Origin: an uncultured Enterobacteriaceae bacterium
GTDB taxonomy: Bacteria; Desulfobacterota; Binatia; Bin18
Assembly (NCBI GenBank): GCA_964460065.1
Contig: CAYWPF010000147.1
Span: 711-64,710 of the forward strand
Length of the DNA stretch: 64,000 nucleotides
Direction of reading: 5' to 3'
Shown: positions 59,233 to 64,000 of the stretch, one piece after another
How positions within the stretch are numbered: the stretch's first letter is position 1
Layout of the letters: each line of letters opens with the position of its first letter
The notes under the pieces: model-generated
Told to the model about the DNA's origin: nothing
The model's input: the letters and a program-made list of their open reading frames with translations, nothing else
Databases searched by the model: none
Translations under genes and position numbers: made by a program

Positions 59233-61014
59233 CTAATGCCTTGCTGTCAACACATAGTGCGCGTTCAGATCCTGCCGAGACTGCTCCATAAAGGCCTGAT
59301 ATCGATGGAATCCCCCATTGTAATTCCCGTCCTGACGTCGATTTGATTCTCCTTCGAAATTGTAATAGCCCGGGGTACAATCGCGATTGCGACTGGTCTT
59401 GCCTCTATGCTTGATAACCTCCTGAACCCACCATTCCTCGGCATCGTGTTTGGGCTCAATCGACTGATAACCGTTCGTTCTCACGTGATCGATGCAAGCT
59501 GCAATATGGTCCCCTTCCGTGTTCAAAATGTCCGTCAGGTTGAATTGAAAACTCGACTGGTACCCACCCATAATAAACAAGTTCGGGTATCCGTGGGAGT
59601 GCAGGCCAAACAAGGTCCGAATACCCGACTTATACTTGTCAGTCAGATCCAGCCCATCCGTACCCTTTATTTCGTTATAAATCCCTGTCTTCTGCACCTC
59701 AAAACCGGTTGCATAGATCAGGAGATCTAACTCATAGAGGACGTCGTCAAATACGACGCCTTCTTCCTTGATTTCTGTGACACCCTCACCGCGGGTATCT
59801 ATCAACCGGACATTGTTTCGATTGAAGGTTGGCAGGTAATCATTGTGAAAACACGGGCGTTTACACATGAACATGTACCAGGGCTTCAATGCCTCCGCGG
59901 TGTCCTTATCGATAACAATCTCGTCTATCCGAGCATGAATTCCCATCATATAGTCAATGTTGGCATTCTCCTGACGCCGAATAATTTCCTCGCGAGGTAT
60001 TTGCGCGCGCACCATCTTCTGTTCACTCGTTAGCTGCGGATCCATAATTTTCCGCATCATTTCCCTTCGCTCAGTCTGCCAGCCTGGCTGCAGTCCACGC
60101 GCCCAGTTGGGGTCAGTGGGATGGTCATCTCGTATATCTATTGAGGAAGGGGTACGTTGAAACACGTATAAAGCTTTCGCAGCCGCGCCGAGGCCGGGCA
60201 CGGCCTGCACCGCCGTCGCTCCAGTCCCTATGACTCCCACCACCTTATCCGCTAACCCCGAAAGATCCGCTTTAGTATAATCGTAATCCCACCTCGAGGT
60301 ATGAAACGAGTGGCCCTGAAAAGATTCCATACCTCTAATTTTCGTTAACTTAGGTTTGGCCAGAGTTCCATTCGCGCAAATCACAAACTGGGCGCGTATA
60401 TGATCCCCCCTGTTTGTCCGGACGTGCCACACCTGTTCTCGCGCATTCCAAGTAGTCGAGGTGACAGTAGTTTGGAACACGGCCAAGTCGTACAAGCCGT
60501 ACTTCTCAGCTATCGCCTGACAGTGAGAATAGATCTCCTCCCCCTTAGCGAACCTATCCTTCGGTACATAGTCCATTTCATCTAGTAGTGGCAGGTAGTC
60601 ATAAGATGGTACGTCGCAAGCGACACCAGGGTATCTGTTCCAATACCAGGTGCCCCCAACATCGGCCCCGCGCTCTACAATACGTATGCTCTCAACGCCG
60701 CATTTGCGTAATCGCGCAGAGGTAAGCAACGCAGCAAACCCGCCGCCGATGAATAGGCATTCGACAAAGTCCTCGATGGGGCGGCGGGCGACAACCTTCT
60801 CTACGTGGGGGTCTTCTTCATACTTACCGAGGGTCCCCGTGAGATCGGATGTATATTGTGCTGTACCCTCAGGCCGATACTTCAGCCTCAACTCTCGCTC
60901 GCTCGCAAAGCGTTCTTTGATCTTATCATAGTAGTCTTGTGATTTTTCTGAGGGCTTGAGCCAACTCAACGGATCGATGAGCGGCTTCTCCATAACTCCA
61001 TTCGGCTTCTCCAT
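59233..61014 (-). CDS. Type I Baeyer-Villiger monooxygenase (FAD/NADPH, cyclohexanone-monooxygenase-like)
   Basis: It has the FAD GxGxxG (IGGGFAAL), the BVMO fingerprint FQGHSFHTSRWD, the NADP GxGxxG (GVIGTGATAVQ) and ATGFE. GGGAG lies 6 nt before ATG 61014. Confidence 0.88.
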   Translation of the reverse strand: MEKPNGVMEKPLIDPLSWLKPSEKSQDYYDKIKERFASERELRLKYRPEGTAQYTSDLTGTLGKYEEDPHVEKVVARRPIEDFVECLFIGGGFAALLTSARLRKCGVESIRIVERGADVGGTWYWNRYPGVACDVPSYDYLPLLDEMDYVPKDRFAKGEEIYSHCQAIAEKYGLYDLAVFQTTVTSTTWNAREQVWHVRTNRGDHIRAQFVICANGTLAKPKLTKIRGMESFQGHSFHTSRWDYDYTKADLSGLADKVVGVIGTGATAVQAVPGLGAAAKALYVFQRTPSSIDIRDDHPTDPNWARGLQPGWQTERREMMRKIMDPQLTSEQKMVRAQIPREEIIRRQENANIDYMMGIHARIDEIVIDKDTAEALKPWYMFMCKRPCFHNDYLPTFNRNNVRLIDTRGEGVTEIKEEGVVFDDVLYELDLLIYATGFEVQKTGIYNEIKGTDGLDLTDKYKSGIRTLFGLHSHGYPNLFIMGGYQSSFQFNLTDILNTEGDHIAACIDHVRTNGYQSIEPKHDAEEWWVQEVIKHRGKTSRNRDCTPGYYNFEGESNRRQDGNYNGGFHRYQAFMEQSRQDLNAHYVLTARH

Positions 61015-61152
61015 GTGCAACTCCCGTATCAGAAACGTACCAAAGCAACCCATACCGCGACACCACTATCGCCTATCCATTTTCGGCGTGGTGATCAAGT
61101 CACAACAGAACTGACACACACCGAGTTCTGTATCCCCGATCCCGACTTTGAT

Positions 61153-61178
61153 TGCGTATTTCTGTCCAAAAATACGCA
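61153..61178. repeat. 9-bp perfect inverted repeat with an 8-nt spacer, upstream of the BVMO gene
   Basis: The arms are tgcgtattt (61153-61161) and aaatacgca (61170-61178). It is a candidate operator or an RNA hairpin. Confidence 0.3.
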
Positions 61179-61469
61179 GCTTTCAAAAGCCGCACATCCA
61201 ACACAAACCCTATAATCTAATGATGAATCAAAAAGCTTCCTATCCGCACATTACCAGATGAGCTCCGTGTCAGACCTTGTTCCCCTGACGGTCTTCCACT
61301 AACATGCTAGATCAACAGACAGAAGGTGTTTTGCTTTTTCGCGACGGCCAACGACACACGGCCGCAAGGTATTCTGACCTTAATACCGCGGGCCCTGGCT
61401 TTAACGAAAGTGCGCACCAACATTCAGTTAAACGCAAACGGGCACTACATTGCAAAAGGAGCCACTCCG

Positions 61470-61622
61470 GTGACAGAATTTCTCAAGGAATTGTGGGACT
61501 TCATGAAGGAAAGAAGGAAATTCTGGTTGTTTCCCTTTATCGCCGTTCTCTTGCTGTTTGGCGCGCTGATTGTCTTGACAGAGGGCTCGGCTGTAGCGCC
61601 CTTTATATACACACTCTTTTAG
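61470..61622 (+). CDS. DUF5989-like 50-aa membrane micro-protein
   Basis: From GTG 61470 it reads MTEFLKELWDFMKERRKFWLFPFIAVLLLFGALIVLTEGSAVAPFIYTLF. The C-terminal GSAxAPFIYTLF signature is present. AAGGAG lies 8 nt upstream. Confidence 0.65.
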   Translation: MTEFLKELWDFMKERRKFWLFPFIAVLLLFGALIVLTEGSAVAPFIYTLF

Positions 61623-61730
61623 CCTATAATTCTCGTCCTACGCGACCCCAATGTAATGAGATAGAGGCGTCCCCATAACATTGCCTTAGCTACCACTCTC
61701 TAGAAGGATGCAGTAGAGAAAGGAACCAAA

Positions 61731-62894
61731 ATGGATAATCCGAACACGGAACGCACAAAAGGGGCAATAGACGCCGACGGCCACATACTAGAACCGCCGG
61801 ATCTCTGGGAAAAATATTTGGAAACAAAGTACAAGAATCGCGCACTCCGTATTTGCACCGACAAAAACGGACTCGAAGTTCTGGAACTTGACGGGAAGCC
61901 GTCCTGGACCGGCTACCCCGGATTTCCCGGACAACTTGGCTGTATGGGCAAAAGCGACATTGACCCTCATCCCGACCGGACCTATTTGCGTGGTGCCCCT
62001 GCAGGATCGATGGACCCCAAAGAGCGCATCGCTCGTCTAGACAACGAAGGCCTAGCCAAGGCAGTCCTTTATCCCACGCTCGGCCTATTCCTGGGTGAGA
62101 TCAAAGACCCACAACTCGCAGCGGCCCACTGTCGGGCATACAACCGCTGGATCGTTGATTTCTGTTCCGAGTCCGGTGGCCGACTGGTTCCGATAGCACA
62201 AATCACACTGGACGATGACCCGGCAGAGGCCGCTGCAGAACTCGAACGGGCCGTCAAGGCCGGCGCCAAAGGGGGATTCTTCCTCCCGTTCACATGGAAA
62301 AAACTGTCGCCAGGGGATCCGCACTTTGACCCCTTGTGGGCGAAGGCGCAGGAACTTAACGTACCGCTCGGAATTCATCCTTCGGCGGACCCTCCCGAAT
62401 TGGATGTCCACAAGAAGTTTTCCGCACTGGCGCAAGGCGAGATTTTTAACTTTACCTGGTACATGGACGTGCTCGTGTCACAAGGTATGATTCAATCATT
62501 CGTTTCACTCTTTAACTACGGTCTTTTTGACCGTTTTCCAAAAGTGAAATTGGTCGTGCTCGAGTCTCAAGCGGGTTGGACCGGCCATATTCTTGACCGG
62601 ATGGATGCCGTTTGGCGCGGCCCCTTAGGAAAGACAACCGGCATGAAAGAATCCCCAAAGACATACTTCGACCGCCAATGTTGGGTTTCTGCGGATCCTG
62701 ACGAACAAATGGCCGCAGCTGTCATTGACGTAGTGGGAAGTAACCGGTTCTTTTGGGCCTCGGATTTTCCGCACCCCGATCACATCAGCCACTACATGCA
62801 AGCCCTGGGTGAATTAGTCTCCCCCTTACCAGAACAAGCACAACAGGACATTCTTTGGAAAAATGTGAGTGAGGCTTATAGCCTAGGCGATTAA
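61731..62894 (+). CDS. Amidohydrolase-2 (PF04909) family hydrolase, paralog of 51499-52611
   Basis: The N-terminus is AIDADGHILEP, and WASDFPHPD lies near the C-terminus. Confidence 0.8.
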   Translation: MDNPNTERTKGAIDADGHILEPPDLWEKYLETKYKNRALRICTDKNGLEVLELDGKPSWTGYPGFPGQLGCMGKSDIDPHPDRTYLRGAPAGSMDPKERIARLDNEGLAKAVLYPTLGLFLGEIKDPQLAAAHCRAYNRWIVDFCSESGGRLVPIAQITLDDDPAEAAAELERAVKAGAKGGFFLPFTWKKLSPGDPHFDPLWAKAQELNVPLGIHPSADPPELDVHKKFSALAQGEIFNFTWYMDVLVSQGMIQSFVSLFNYGLFDRFPKVKLVVLESQAGWTGHILDRMDAVWRGPLGKTTGMKESPKTYFDRQCWVSADPDEQMAAAVIDVVGSNRFFWASDFPHPDHISHYMQALGELVSPLPEQAQQDILWKNVSEAYSLGD

Positions 62895-63034
62895 ACCGTA
62901 TCTACTGCGGCTGTCGTTTCTCTTGATATACCGTTTTGTGAACTTTTCTGCGAAATTCTTTGATTGTCTCCCAAAGATGGGACAGTCAAACAAGTAAACC
63001 CGGCCAGCCCGGTTCCGTGCCGGCATGGAGAAAT

Positions 63035-63059
63035 GGCGCACTCGCGGTCCGAGCGCGCC
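63035..63059. terminator. GC-rich hairpin between the convergent amidohydrolase and BVMO genes
   Basis: GGCGCACTCG-cggtc-CGAGCGCGCC pairs at 9 of 10 positions. AUUUCUCC follows on the minus strand. Confidence 0.3.
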
Positions 63060-63076
63060 AACATGTAGTATTCGCC

Positions 63077-64000
63077 CTATTTCACTATCACCAAGCCGTC
63101 AAGGTCACCTTTGGCCCTCCAATCTGAGAGCATTTCGTAAAACGGTACCGCTCCATCGGGATATTGCGTCTCTATAAATCCATGGCCCTCTCTCTTTCCT
63201 TCCGAGTTATAGTAGCCCGGGGTACATGTATTCTGATATTCGGTCATGAAGTTAGGACTTGTAACCAGTTTGACCCAGTCTTCCTCGGCCTCGCGTGTCG
63301 GCTCAATGCCCTTGACGTCGCGGGAACTCACCTCGGTAACGAGATGCGCAATGTGGTTGGCCTGGCCATTCAGCATGTAAGTGAAATTAGGAGCGAGTCC
63401 CGTTTGGGTAAGGCCCATATGAAAACAATTGGGGAACCCGTGACTGAGAAACCCATGAAACGTCTTCATGCCATCCGCCCAGTAGTCGGTTAACGAGAGA
63501 CCGTCCCTTCCATACACTTCGAATTCGGAGCGCCGGGTATACGCGGTCCCTACCTCAAACCCCGTCGCATAAATAATGCAGTCAACTTCGTACTTAATGC
63601 CGTCAACAACTACGGCGTGCTCGGTCACCCGCTCCACGCCCTTGCCTTTTGTATCGACTAATTTCACGTTTTCCCGATTAAAAGTTGGTAAATATTCGTC
63701 ATTAAACGTAGGGCGCTTACACCACTGCCCGTACCATGGTTTCAACGCTTCGGCCGTGTTCCCATCTTTGACAGTCGTGGACACCCGGTCCCGTATCTCG
63801 TTCATCTTCTGATAATCGGCAATCTCGGACATCGCGGCCATGCCCTCATCCGAAAGTTCGGAATCTTCCTTGCCGGTCAATAACTCGGACAGTTTTTTGA
63901 AAAGACTTGTCCATTTGTCATCCACCAAATCTTCTTCCATTGGCCGACCCGCTAGAATAGAACAAAAGTTGTTGTTTCGATGATCTTGCCAGCCATCCTT
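63077..64000 (-). CDS. Second Baeyer-Villiger monooxygenase; only the C-terminal half is present and the gene continues past the right window edge
   Basis: AEALKPWYGQWCKRPTFNDEYLPTFNRENVKLVDTKG...YATGFEV aligns with the C-terminal half of the 59233-61014 BVMO. The reading frame stays open upstream of Met 63940 to nt 64000. Confidence 0.85.
   Translation of the reverse strand, partial: KDGWQDHRNNNFCSILAGRPMEEDLVDDKWTSLFKKLSELLTGKEDSELSDEGMAAMSEIADYQKMNEIRDRVSTTVKDGNTAEALKPWYGQWCKRPTFNDEYLPTFNRENVKLVDTKGKGVERVTEHAVVVDGIKYEVDCIIYATGFEVGTAYTRRSEFEVYGRDGLSLTDYWADGMKTFHGFLSHGFPNCFHMGLTQTGLAPNFTYMLNGQANHIAHLVTEVSSRDVKGIEPTREAEEDWVKLVTSPNFMTEYQNTCTPGYYNSEGKREGHGFIETQYPDGAVPFYEMLSDWRAKGDLDGLVIVK

Noticed and set aside
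60993-61014. The duplicated ATGGAGAAGCCG at the BVMO 5' end (MEKPNGVMEKPLI), considered as a meaningful tandem repeat.
   Set aside because: It is only two 12-nt copies 21 nt apart. It most simply reflects start-codon ambiguity (61014 versus 60993) and is not a functional repeat.
61304-61678. The 124-aa ORF (MLDQQTEGVLLFRDGQRHTAARY...) and the long form of 61326-61622.
   Set aside because: Neither has an SD site, and both have Arg/His-rich non-coding-like composition upstream of 61470. Only the final 50 codons of the 61326 frame look like a real gene (DUF5989-like).

Overview
This is a gene-dense 64-kb chromosomal segment, read by eye without any database search. I call about 60 CDS. I found no rRNA, tRNA, CRISPR array, transposase or integrase. 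The host looks like an uncultivated-type diderm bacterium, because it carries an LpxL-family lipid A acyltransferase and FtsA/FtsQ/FtsI. There is no taxonomic marker in the window, so I assign no lineage.

Layout from left to right:
- 1-58: a possible RecN-like gene start.
- 124-2877 (-): an RND/MMPL-type exporter carrying a C-terminal cyclic-nucleotide-binding domain.
- 3.1-8.6 kb (+): a divergent DUF58 / BatA-like / multi-vWA operon with no MoxR ATPase beside it.
- 8.7-14.8 kb: housekeeping genes, including gpmA, a flavin reductase, a SplB-like radical SAM enzyme, a GT2 glycosyltransferase, engB, a PaaI thioesterase and a dCMP deaminase.
- 14.9-16.7 kb: an LpxL-like gene, followed by a 54-codon pilin-like ORF with a strong Shine-Dalgarno (SD) site that the ORF track missed, then a ferritin-like gene.
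- 16.9-18.9 kb: a His-rich secreted protein / DUF5667-like / Smr operon.
- 19.2-24.6 kb: EthD, a family III CoA-transferase, and a 2-oxoacid dehydrogenase E1alpha/E1beta/E2 set with no E3.
- 24.8-43.9 kb (-): a complete, translationally coupled division/cell-wall (dcw) cluster, in transcription order mraZ-rsmH-ftsL-ftsI-murE-mraY-murD-ftsW-murG-murC-murB-ddl-ftsQ-ftsA-ftsZ, followed by a B12-type radical SAM gene and acpS. murF is missing. The promoter and three 10-bp-phased GTGGGA MraZ boxes are readable.
- 44.0-49.8 kb: a class V aminotransferase, serA, purA, a flippase-like membrane protein and a histidine phosphatase.
- 49.9-64 kb: an oxygenase- and hydrolase-rich catabolic island. It holds an LLM/F420-type oxidoreductase, two PF04909-type amidohydrolases, two adjacent acyl-CoA dehydrogenases, PhyH and TauD dioxygenases, an LEH/SnoaL-like protein and two Baeyer-Villiger monooxygenases. 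An RRM RNA-binding protein operon and an orphan DUF5989-like micro-ORF are embedded in it.

The most interesting items are the unannotated mini-pilin-like ORF, the cNMP-domain RND fusion, the MoxR-less vWA module, the RRM plus charged-peptide pair, and the BVMO/hydrolase ring-cleavage modules. All functional calls rest on recognised motifs and need HMM/BLAST confirmation.
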